This document shows positions 1-7,521 of a stretch of 32,000 bases of DNA, one piece after another. Both the position numbers and the translations under genes were made by a program. The notes beneath the pieces were generated by a model that worked only from the letters and a program-made list of their open reading frames with translations, ran no database searches and was not told the origin of the DNA. Source of the DNA: a bacterium (GTDB lineage Bacteria > UBP7 > UBA6624); contig PBAU01000008.1 of assembly GCA_002716355.1 (NCBI GenBank), positions 1 through 32,000 on the forward strand, read 5' to 3'. The number at the start of each line of letters is the position of its first letter. The stretch's first letter is position 1.

Positions 1-74
1 ACGCCAATACAAACATTTGCCATATATTCGAGATAGGGTTCATCCCATTCCAAAGAGTCATAACAATCACCCAT
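1..74 (-). CDS. N-terminal fragment of an unidentified protein, running off the window edge
   Basis: The reverse strand has an ATG at 74..72 and stays open to position 1 (MGDCYDSLEWDEPYLEYMANVCIG...). It is too short to identify and is called only from the open frame. Confidence 0.2.
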   Translation of the reverse strand, partial: MGDCYDSLEWDEPYLEYMANVCIG

Positions 75-130
75 ATGAAAATTTTACCACCCTGGTCGTC
101 ATTCATTTAATTCTCTTTCCTTCTTCAAAA

Positions 131-532
131 TTATTTTCCTTCTGAAATTTCTGCCTCAGCGAGCAACGGGATCTCGGTGTTCGATGACATCTCGATGACC
201 GTCATCTCATTCTTCTCGGGATCGTTGAAGGACATCGACAGCATGTTCATCTCATTGGTGTGCGGCTCTTTCGTTATCTCAACACCTGCACCCACAAGCT
301 TCTTGTGGAATCCCTTCACATCCCGAACCTCAAGCACGGGAAGTACATTCCCTTTTGCTTTCGAAAGGTCATCCGACCTGATCAGGAAGATGTTGGATAT
401 GCCGACCTCAAAGGAGACAAGGTTCTCGTTCCTGTCGATCTCTTCAAGGCCAAGCACGAGGCCATAAAAGGCGCCCTGCTTTGAGATATCGCCCACATAA
501 ACAACAAAACCTTCCAGACCCTCAATGTTCAT
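131..532 (-). CDS. VOC (glyoxalase/bleomycin-resistance/dioxygenase) family protein
   Basis: 133-aa ORF. It shows the VOC-like pattern VVYVGDISKQGAFYGLVLGLEE ... LEVRDVKGFHKKLVGAGVEITKEP ... SFNDPEKNEMTV. Its codon usage is GC3-rich (AAG, GAG, ATC, GTC), unlike most of the window. Confidence 0.6.
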   Translation of the reverse strand: MNIEGLEGFVVYVGDISKQGAFYGLVLGLEEIDRNENLVSFEVGISNIFLIRSDDLSKAKGNVLPVLEVRDVKGFHKKLVGAGVEITKEPHTNEMNMLSMSFNDPEKNEMTVIEMSSNTEIPLLAEAEISEGK

Positions 533-551
533 TACGTAAAACCATTTTAAA

Positions 552-570
552 AGGAAATAGAATATTTCCT
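552..570. promoter_or_regulatory. Perfect 8-bp inverted repeat (AGGAAATA-gaa-TATTTCCT) in the divergent VOC/acnA intergenic region; candidate operator
   Basis: Read directly: aggaaata (552-559), gaa, tatttcct (563-570). It lies 20 nt upstream of the acnA ATG. No known regulator motif was recognised. Confidence 0.25.
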
Positions 571-589
571 GTGAAATTGAATAGCTATC

Positions 590-3271
590 ATGTATAAATC
601 AGATTTTTTTGAACTTGCAGACAATTCAAAAGGGACATATTACCCCTTGGAGCAGCTTGAGGATATGTATTCGGTTGATGTCCAGAAGCTGCCCTACACC
701 ATCAGGGTCCTTCTTGAATCCGCAATGCGCAACCATGATGATTTCCTTGTGACTGAAAAGGATGTCAAGAACATCCTCAACTGGACAAAGGATGGCTCAA
801 GGATGGAAATCCCTTTCCTTCCGTCAAGGGTCATACTCCAAGACTTCACTGGTGTCCCTTCCCTTGTTGATGTGGCAGCGATGAGAAACGCAATGCTTGA
901 CATGGAAGGCGATCCGAACAAGGTCAACCCCTTGGTTCCGGTTGATCTCGTGATAGACCATTCCGTGCAAGTTGACTATTCCGGACGGTTTGAGGATGCA
1001 TTGGAAAGAAACCTTGAGATCGAATACAAGAGGAATAGCGAAAGGTACAGCTTTCTCAAATGGGGCCAAAAGAATGTTGAAAAATTCAGGGTTGTCCCTC
1101 CAGGAAGGGGGATAGTCCATCAAGTCAATCTTGAATGGCTCGCTGAAGTCGTTCAGGATTCAGGAAAGACATTTTTTCCTGACACGGTAGTTGGAACAGA
1201 CTCGCACACGACAATGATCAACGGCCTGGGTGTTCTGGGATGGGGAGTCGGCGGAATAGAGGCCGAAGCTGTCATGTTGGGTCAACCAATATACATGCTC
1301 CTTCCTGACGTTATAGGTTTTGAGATGACCGGAAAGCCAAAACCTGGAGTTACAGCAACAGATTTGGTGCTTGCAGTTACCGAAATACTTAGGGAGAACA
1401 ATGTTGTTGGAAAATTTGTTGAATTTGTGGGAGAAGGATTGAAGCACATGTCACTTCCTGACAGAGCAACCATATCAAACATGTGTCCTGAATACGGAGG
1501 CACATGTGGTTTTTTCCCAATTGACGAAACAACATTGAAATATCTTTCCGAAACAGGAAGAGACCCTAACCATGTTGAAAACGTAAAAAGATACCTTAGA
1601 AAACAAAAACTTTTCAATGAGCATGCTCCAAATTCAATCGAATATACAAAATTGATCAAGTTTGACATATCAACTGTTGAGCCGTGTTTGGCAGGTCCAA
1701 AAAGACCTCAGGACAGAATCCTTCTGAAACACATGAAGGATGAATTCTGCAAATCATTGACCAATCCGGTTGACAATCAGAATCATGGTTTAAAGGAAAG
1801 GGAAACAAGCAATAAAGCGTCAGTGAAAACAGAAGACCAAGGTGAATTTGATCTAAACCATGGAGATGTTGTGATTGCTGCAATAACATCCTGCACCAAT
1901 ACAAGCAATCCTGAAGTGATGATTGCAGCAGGGCTTGTCGCAAAAAAGGCTAAAGAACTGGGTCTAAAAACAAAACCTTGGGTAAAGACATCATTAGCTC
2001 CTGGTTCAAGGGTTGTTAGCGATTATCTTGAAAGTGCAGGCTTGATGGATGATCTTAGTTACCAAGGTTTCAATATCGTTGGTTATGGATGCACAACATG
2101 TATTGGTAACTCAGGGCCTCTTGATGAAGGAATTGTTAAAGGCATAGAGGAATCCAACCTGATTGTTTCAAGCGTTATATCAGGAAATAGAAATTTTGAA
2201 GGCCGAATCCATTCACATGTAAAAGCGAATTTTCTAGGAAGCCCTCCTTTGGTTGTAGCTTATGCAATTGCTGGCACGGTGAACATTCATCTTAATTCAG
2301 ACCCGATAGGGATTGGAAAAAACAATAAACCTGTATTTTTAAAAGACATTTGGCCTAAAAAAGAAGAAATTCTCAAAATGATACAGAAGCACATAAAGCC
2401 AGAAACATTTATAGAAAAATACAAAACTGCCACAGAGGAAGAGAGATGGGATTCGATAGAGTCCAAAAAATCTCCATTGTTCGATTGGGATGATGATTCA
2501 ACATACATAAAAAGACCATCATTCCTCAAAGGCATATCTACAAATCTAAAAAAAGTCCAACCCATAGAAAATGCAAGGGCCCTGCTCTACTTAGGAGATT
2601 CAGTAACAACTGATCACATAAGCCCAGCAGGAGCAATTTCGCCAAAAACATCAGCTGCTAAATACCTAAGAGAGAAAGGTGTAAACTTTTTTGACTTTAA
2701 TTCATACGGTTCAAGAAGGGGCAATCATGAAGTAATGGTTAGAGGCACCTTTGCTAATGTGAGAATAAGAAACAAGCTTGTAGATATTGAAGGAGGGTTT
2801 ACAAAACATTTCGACTCAAATGAAGTGATGACTGTTTTTGAAGCATCCAAAAAATACAAAAAAGAAAACGTACCTCTTGTTGTGATCGCAGGTGACCAAT
2901 ATGGGACTGGGTCATCAAGAGACTGGGCTGCAAAAGGCACCAATCTTCTTGGCGTGAAAGCGGTTATAGCCACAGGTTTTGAAAGAATACATAGGTCAAA
3001 CCTAGTAGGAATGGGTGTTTTGCCTTTATGTTTCACAAATGACCAAACAGCAGAAAGCATTGGGGTAAAAGGAAATGAAAAATTTACAATTCTTGGGATA
3101 GAAGGCAAATTAACTCCAGGTCAAAAGATAAATGTAAAAGCAAAAAGGCCTGATGGAAGTTCTTTTGATTTTGAAACAATAAGCCGATTGGATACACCTG
3201 TTGAAATTGAATACTACAAAAACGAAGGAATACTTCCAACAGTTCTAAGAAACATGATTAAAAATGACTGA
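590..3271 (+). CDS. acnA: Aconitate hydratase A (AcnA/IRP type)
   Basis: 893-aa ORF with aconitase signatures DSHTTM, ITSCTNTSNP and GCTTCIGNSG (Fe-S ligand cysteines). The swivel-domain motif GDSVTTDHISPAG is present, and the length is typical of AcnA. Confidence 0.95.
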   Translation: MYKSDFFELADNSKGTYYPLEQLEDMYSVDVQKLPYTIRVLLESAMRNHDDFLVTEKDVKNILNWTKDGSRMEIPFLPSRVILQDFTGVPSLVDVAAMRNAMLDMEGDPNKVNPLVPVDLVIDHSVQVDYSGRFEDALERNLEIEYKRNSERYSFLKWGQKNVEKFRVVPPGRGIVHQVNLEWLAEVVQDSGKTFFPDTVVGTDSHTTMINGLGVLGWGVGGIEAEAVMLGQPIYMLLPDVIGFEMTGKPKPGVTATDLVLAVTEILRENNVVGKFVEFVGEGLKHMSLPDRATISNMCPEYGGTCGFFPIDETTLKYLSETGRDPNHVENVKRYLRKQKLFNEHAPNSIEYTKLIKFDISTVEPCLAGPKRPQDRILLKHMKDEFCKSLTNPVDNQNHGLKERETSNKASVKTEDQGEFDLNHGDVVIAAITSCTNTSNPEVMIAAGLVAKKAKELGLKTKPWVKTSLAPGSRVVSDYLESAGLMDDLSYQGFNIVGYGCTTCIGNSGPLDEGIVKGIEESNLIVSSVISGNRNFEGRIHSHVKANFLGSPPLVVAYAIAGTVNIHLNSDPIGIGKNNKPVFLKDIWPKKEEILKMIQKHIKPETFIEKYKTATEEERWDSIESKKSPLFDWDDDSTYIKRPSFLKGISTNLKKVQPIENARALLYLGDSVTTDHISPAGAISPKTSAAKYLREKGVNFFDFNSYGSRRGNHEVMVRGTFANVRIRNKLVDIEGGFTKHFDSNEVMTVFEASKKYKKENVPLVVIAGDQYGTGSSRDWAAKGTNLLGVKAVIATGFERIHRSNLVGMGVLPLCFTNDQTAESIGVKGNEKFTILGIEGKLTPGQKINVKAKRPDGSSFDFETISRLDTPVEIEYYKNEGILPTVLRNMIKND

Positions 3272-4514
3272 GAGAGTTTTTGTTACTGGAATGGGTGCAG
3301 TAACACCCTTTGGGATGGGTGTTGATAAGCTGTGGAAATCAATGTCAACCAACCAGTTAGCAATTCGACCCATTAAGGGTTTGAGTTCAAGATCAGAAGA
3401 GTTCAGATGTAAGGTTGGTGGGCAAGTTCCTGATTTCAAAATATCAGAATGGCTTCCAAAGTTAAACAAAAAAATTGATCCGTTCCAGGCGTATTCAATC
3501 ATTGCATCAAACATGGCAGTCAAACATTCAAAAATAAATTTAGAAAAAGTTGACAGGTCAAGATTTGGTGTTTCTTCTGGCTCAAGCAATGGTGGAGTTG
3601 GAACAGGATTGAAGAACTACAAACAATATCTAGAAAAAGGCTTAAGAGGGGTAAGCCCTTTTACTGGTGTCAGATACACTGTAAATGGAGCAAGTGCATG
3701 GCCGGCAATTCAACTTGGTCTTCAAGGACCTAATGAAAGCTTTAGCGTAACCTGCGCGACTGGAAATACAGCTATAGGAAATGCTTATAGAAAAATTAAA
3801 CATGGACACGCTGATCTCATGCTTGCAGGATCTTCGGATTATTTTGATGAATTTATTGTTGTTTTTTTCCATAGGGCAAGAGCTGTTGCCGCAACTAAAG
3901 ACCCTTACGAAGTTAATGTTTTAAAGCCATTTGACAAAAAAAGATCTGGAACCATACTTTCTGAAGGTTGCGGTATGCTGCTTCTTGAATCAGAGTCATC
4001 AGCAAGAAAAAGAGGTGCAAAAATATATGCTGAAATATTAGGCATGGGAGAAACATGTGACGCAAGAAACATAGTAGCACCTGACACATCAGGAAAAATT
4101 ATGACCAGGGCAATTCAGAACTGCTTAGAAGAATCAGAATTACAACCAGAAGATGTTGAATATGTTTCTGCACATGGAACAGGCACACTTTTCAATGATC
4201 CAACAGAAGTAAAAGCACTTAAGAATGCTTTAGGGAAACATGCAGAAAAAATACCTGTATCAGCACCAAAATCCCAACTTGGACACTTGTTAGGAGCATC
4301 AAGCTCCATTGAAGCAATAGCTGGGATAATGGGTGGATTAAATGGAACTGTAACACCTACCCTAAACCTAGACAACCCTGATCCAAAATGTGATTTAGAT
4401 CATGTTCCTAACAAGGCTAGAAAACATAAATATAGAACATTTTTAAATAATAGTTTTGGCTTTGGTGGTCACAACTGTGTGCTGGCAATACGCACGGGAG
4501 ATCCTGAAGATTGA
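3264..4514 (+). CDS. fabF: Beta-ketoacyl-ACP synthase II-like condensing enzyme
   Basis: 416 aa. N-terminus RVFVTGMGAVTPFG, active-site Cys in SVTCATGNTAIG, His motifs SAHGTGT and QLGHLLGASS, and C-terminal NSFGFGGHN. The ATG overlaps the acnA stop by 8 nt. Confidence 0.85.
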   Translation: MTERVFVTGMGAVTPFGMGVDKLWKSMSTNQLAIRPIKGLSSRSEEFRCKVGGQVPDFKISEWLPKLNKKIDPFQAYSIIASNMAVKHSKINLEKVDRSRFGVSSGSSNGGVGTGLKNYKQYLEKGLRGVSPFTGVRYTVNGASAWPAIQLGLQGPNESFSVTCATGNTAIGNAYRKIKHGHADLMLAGSSDYFDEFIVVFFHRARAVAATKDPYEVNVLKPFDKKRSGTILSEGCGMLLLESESSARKRGAKIYAEILGMGETCDARNIVAPDTSGKIMTRAIQNCLEESELQPEDVEYVSAHGTGTLFNDPTEVKALKNALGKHAEKIPVSAPKSQLGHLLGASSSIEAIAGIMGGLNGTVTPTLNLDNPDPKCDLDHVPNKARKHKYRTFLNNSFGFGGHNCVLAIRTGDPED

Positions 4515-5668
4515 AAAAAGGCATTGCAGTCCTCGGAGCTACTGGATCAATAGGCAAACAAACAATAGAACTCTTAAATTCAAAGTTTCAAGCTAAATAC
4601 AAGACAATTGGATTAGCGTCAAATAGCAATACTGAAGATTTAATGGATTATGCAATAAAACTGAATGCGGAAAAAATAATAGTCGCTAATCCAAAACAAG
4701 AAATAAAAAAAACCAATCCTGAATTCTCATATGGAAAAGAAGAGATTGCAAAACTTGTTTCAAACAAATCTGTTGACCTTGTGGTTATGGCAATACCCGG
4801 AACAGCGGCAATTGAAGCTACCTACCTTGCATTAAAAAATGGAAAAACTGTTGCATTAGCAAACAAAGAAAGCATTGTTGCTGCAGGTGAAAAAATATTA
4901 GAAACAGAAAAAAAATATAGTGGACAAATAATACCTATAGACAGTGAGCACAATTCAATATTTAGGCTTTTGAATAATTCTCGCAATAACCAAAATGTAT
5001 CCAGGTTAACCATAACTGCTTCAGGCGGACCTTTTCTTGGAAAGAAAATTTCAGATCTGGAAAAAGTTACACCAAAAGAAGCATTGAAGCATCCTTCTTG
5101 GAGCATGGGTAAACTTGTCTCCATAAATTCCGCAACACTAATGAACAAAGGCTTAGAAATAATTGAAGCAAGCATTCTTTTTGATATGCCTATAAACAAA
5201 ATTGATGCTGTCATACATCCTGAATCAAAAATACATGCAATGGTGCATTGGAAAGATGGATCCTCCTCGATGCTGGTAAATCCACCTAGCATGTCTTATG
5301 CAATTAATCATGCTCTTTCATATCCTGATCAGCCTATTCAGGATTCAAATACCTTAGAAACATCCTTCGATGGTGGGTTTAAACTTCAAAAACTAAATGA
5401 AAATCTGTATCCGTGCTATAAGCTTGCACGAGAAGCAGGGACCAAAGGAAATGGGCACCCTATCGTCTTAAATGCAAGTAACGAAGTTGCTGTTAGTAAT
5501 TTCCTGGAAGGGAAAATCTCATTCAATAAAATACCGAAAGTTATAGAAAAAACACTTACAGGAATGGAATTTGAAATTCCTGAAAAAATCGACATTAAAG
5601 ATGTTCTTTACATAGATACTCAATCTAGAATTTTTGCATCAAACTTAATCAAAATGCGAAAAATATGA
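4511..5668 (+). CDS. dxr: 1-deoxy-D-xylulose 5-phosphate reductoisomerase
   Basis: 385 aa with the NADPH motif VLGATGSIG at residues 7-15 and the motifs DSEHNSIF and NKGLEIIEA. The TTG start at 4511 overlaps the fabF TGA (TTGA). There is no nearby in-frame ATG upstream of the GATGSIG motif. Confidence 0.9.
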   Translation: MKKGIAVLGATGSIGKQTIELLNSKFQAKYKTIGLASNSNTEDLMDYAIKLNAEKIIVANPKQEIKKTNPEFSYGKEEIAKLVSNKSVDLVVMAIPGTAAIEATYLALKNGKTVALANKESIVAAGEKILETEKKYSGQIIPIDSEHNSIFRLLNNSRNNQNVSRLTITASGGPFLGKKISDLEKVTPKEALKHPSWSMGKLVSINSATLMNKGLEIIEASILFDMPINKIDAVIHPESKIHAMVHWKDGSSSMLVNPPSMSYAINHALSYPDQPIQDSNTLETSFDGGFKLQKLNENLYPCYKLAREAGTKGNGHPIVLNASNEVAVSNFLEGKISFNKIPKVIEKTLTGMEFEIPEKIDIKDVLYIDTQSRIFASNLIKMRKI

Positions 5669-7521
5669 AAAGAAACAAAATCAAATCAATAAAAAATCCT
5701 GAGGACATTAAAAAAATGACCCTCTCGGAGCTTGAAGAAACATGTATTGAAATGCGAGATTTTCTCGTAAAAGAGATTCCTAAAACAGGTGGTCATCTAG
5801 CAAGCAATTTGGGTGTTGTTGAGCTAACTACCGCAATACATAAAGTTTTCAACAGTCCAGAAGACAAAATACTTTTTGATGTTGGGCATCAAAGCTACAT
5901 ACACAAAATACTTACCGGGAGAATTAAAGGTTTTAAAAAATTAAGAAAATACAAAGGTATGTCGGGCTTTCTGGACATAGAAGAGTCCGAACATGATGCC
6001 TTTGGTGGCAGCCATGCAGGAACATCCCTTTCTGCTGCATATGGAATTCTAGAAGCACAAAAAAAACAAAATAAAAAAAATTATGTTGTAGCAGTCGTAG
6101 GCGATGGAGCATTAACTGCCGGAATGGCTTGGGAGGCAATCAACAATCTTGGCGGTAAACCCTATCCATTGATAATAATCTTGAATGATAATGAAATGTC
6201 AATATCCCCAAATGTTGGAATGGTAAATAAGCTATTAACTAAATTCAGAATGGCAAAAACATACAGGAAAACACTTAGGAAAACATCAGACATTCTAGAA
6301 AAATCTCAATCTAGTAAAAAATTAGGTTTAATGTTGTCTAAAATCAAAGATGGAATAAGAAATTTCTTCTTCAAGGAAGGGGCTCTTTTTGAATCTTTTG
6401 GATTTAGATACTTTGGACCAATGGACGGACACAACCTTAAAGAGATGATAGAGGTTTTAAAACTCTCAAAAAATGTTCAAGATAGACCTGTTTTACTGCA
6501 TGTTTTGACGAAAAAAGGCAAAGGAGATCCGAAAAGTGAAAAAAATCCCGTAAAAAGACATGGTGTTGCGCCTAAATCACTTTCAAAAACACCAAGCTTT
6601 TCAAAAGTTTTTGCAGATTCTTTAATTGAGCTAGGCGAAAAAGATGAAAATATTCTTGCCTTGACAGCTGCAATGTCTGAAGGGACTGGTCTAGAGGCTT
6701 TCAGAAAAAAATTTCCAGCTAGGTTTTTTGATGTTGGCATATCAGAACAGCATGCAGTCACAGCCAGTGCGGCAATGGCGTTGTCTGGAATGAAACCAGT
6801 ATGCGCAATATACTCAACATTTTTACAAAGAGGCTATGACCAAGTTGTTCATGATGCAATGCTACAAAATGCTCATGTCGTGTTTGCAATGGATAGATCA
6901 GGGATAGTAGGAGGTGATGGGTCAAGTGCACAAGGCCTTTATGACATTTCATATCTAAGATGTTTACCAAACATGATTGTTTCAGCTGCAAAAGATGGTC
7001 CAGCAATTAAAGAACTTCTAGAATGCGGTTTATACAGAAATAATCAACCATTTGCAATCAGATACCCTCGAGGATCTGTTCCTCAAACAAGCAATAGAGC
7101 AAAAAGAAACCTTACTGTTGGCAAAGGCGAAATCATACAAAAAGGAACTGATGTTGCCATACTCGCAATAGGTCCTTCAATTTACAGTGCAATTAAAGCA
7201 GCAAAAGAACTTGAAAAAGAAAAAATAAACTGTTTTATTGCTGACCCAATATGGGTCAAGCCTTTGGACAAAGAATTAATAAAAAAAGCTGCTAAAACAA
7301 AAAGAATACTTACCATAGAGGAGCATAGCGAAATCGGAGGCCTAAGATCTGCTGTTTTAGAATCTTTACAAGAACAAAACCTAATGAATCAAACTAAAAT
7401 TCGCTCTATTGCAATCTCTGACAAAATTATCAAACATGGAAGTCAAGATGTGTACAGGAAAAAATTTGGACTTGATGAAAAAGGTATTTATAACAAGATA
7501 AAGGAAATGTTAGATGGCTGA
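5665..7521 (+). CDS. dxs: 1-deoxy-D-xylulose 5-phosphate synthase
   Basis: 618 aa with GGHLASNLGVVELT, FDVGHQSYIHKILTGR and the ThDP-binding GDGALTAGMAWEAINN. It has an ATGA overlap with dxr. Confidence 0.95.
   Translation: MKRNKIKSIKNPEDIKKMTLSELEETCIEMRDFLVKEIPKTGGHLASNLGVVELTTAIHKVFNSPEDKILFDVGHQSYIHKILTGRIKGFKKLRKYKGMSGFLDIEESEHDAFGGSHAGTSLSAAYGILEAQKKQNKKNYVVAVVGDGALTAGMAWEAINNLGGKPYPLIIILNDNEMSISPNVGMVNKLLTKFRMAKTYRKTLRKTSDILEKSQSSKKLGLMLSKIKDGIRNFFFKEGALFESFGFRYFGPMDGHNLKEMIEVLKLSKNVQDRPVLLHVLTKKGKGDPKSEKNPVKRHGVAPKSLSKTPSFSKVFADSLIELGEKDENILALTAAMSEGTGLEAFRKKFPARFFDVGISEQHAVTASAAMALSGMKPVCAIYSTFLQRGYDQVVHDAMLQNAHVVFAMDRSGIVGGDGSSAQGLYDISYLRCLPNMIVSAAKDGPAIKELLECGLYRNNQPFAIRYPRGSVPQTSNRAKRNLTVGKGEIIQKGTDVAILAIGPSIYSAIKAAKELEKEKINCFIADPIWVKPLDKELIKKAAKTKRILTIEEHSEIGGLRSAVLESLQEQNLMNQTKIRSIAISDKIIKHGSQDVYRKKFGLDEKGIYNKIKEMLDG

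Noticed and set aside
177-484. Two plus-strand ORFs (96 and 74 aa) opposite the VOC gene
   Set aside because: They overlap each other and the minus-strand ORF, and only the minus-strand ORF gives a recognisable (VOC) fold pattern.
694-3589. Series of 77-128-aa minus-strand ORFs inside acnA and the start of fabF
   Set aside because: They are all antisense to a confidently identified aconitase or KAS gene. Their translations are Cys-, Ser- and Leu-rich junk without motifs.
4822-5292. 156-aa minus-strand ORF inside dxr
   Set aside because: It is antisense to a clear Dxr coding sequence and has no motifs, so it is a shadow ORF.
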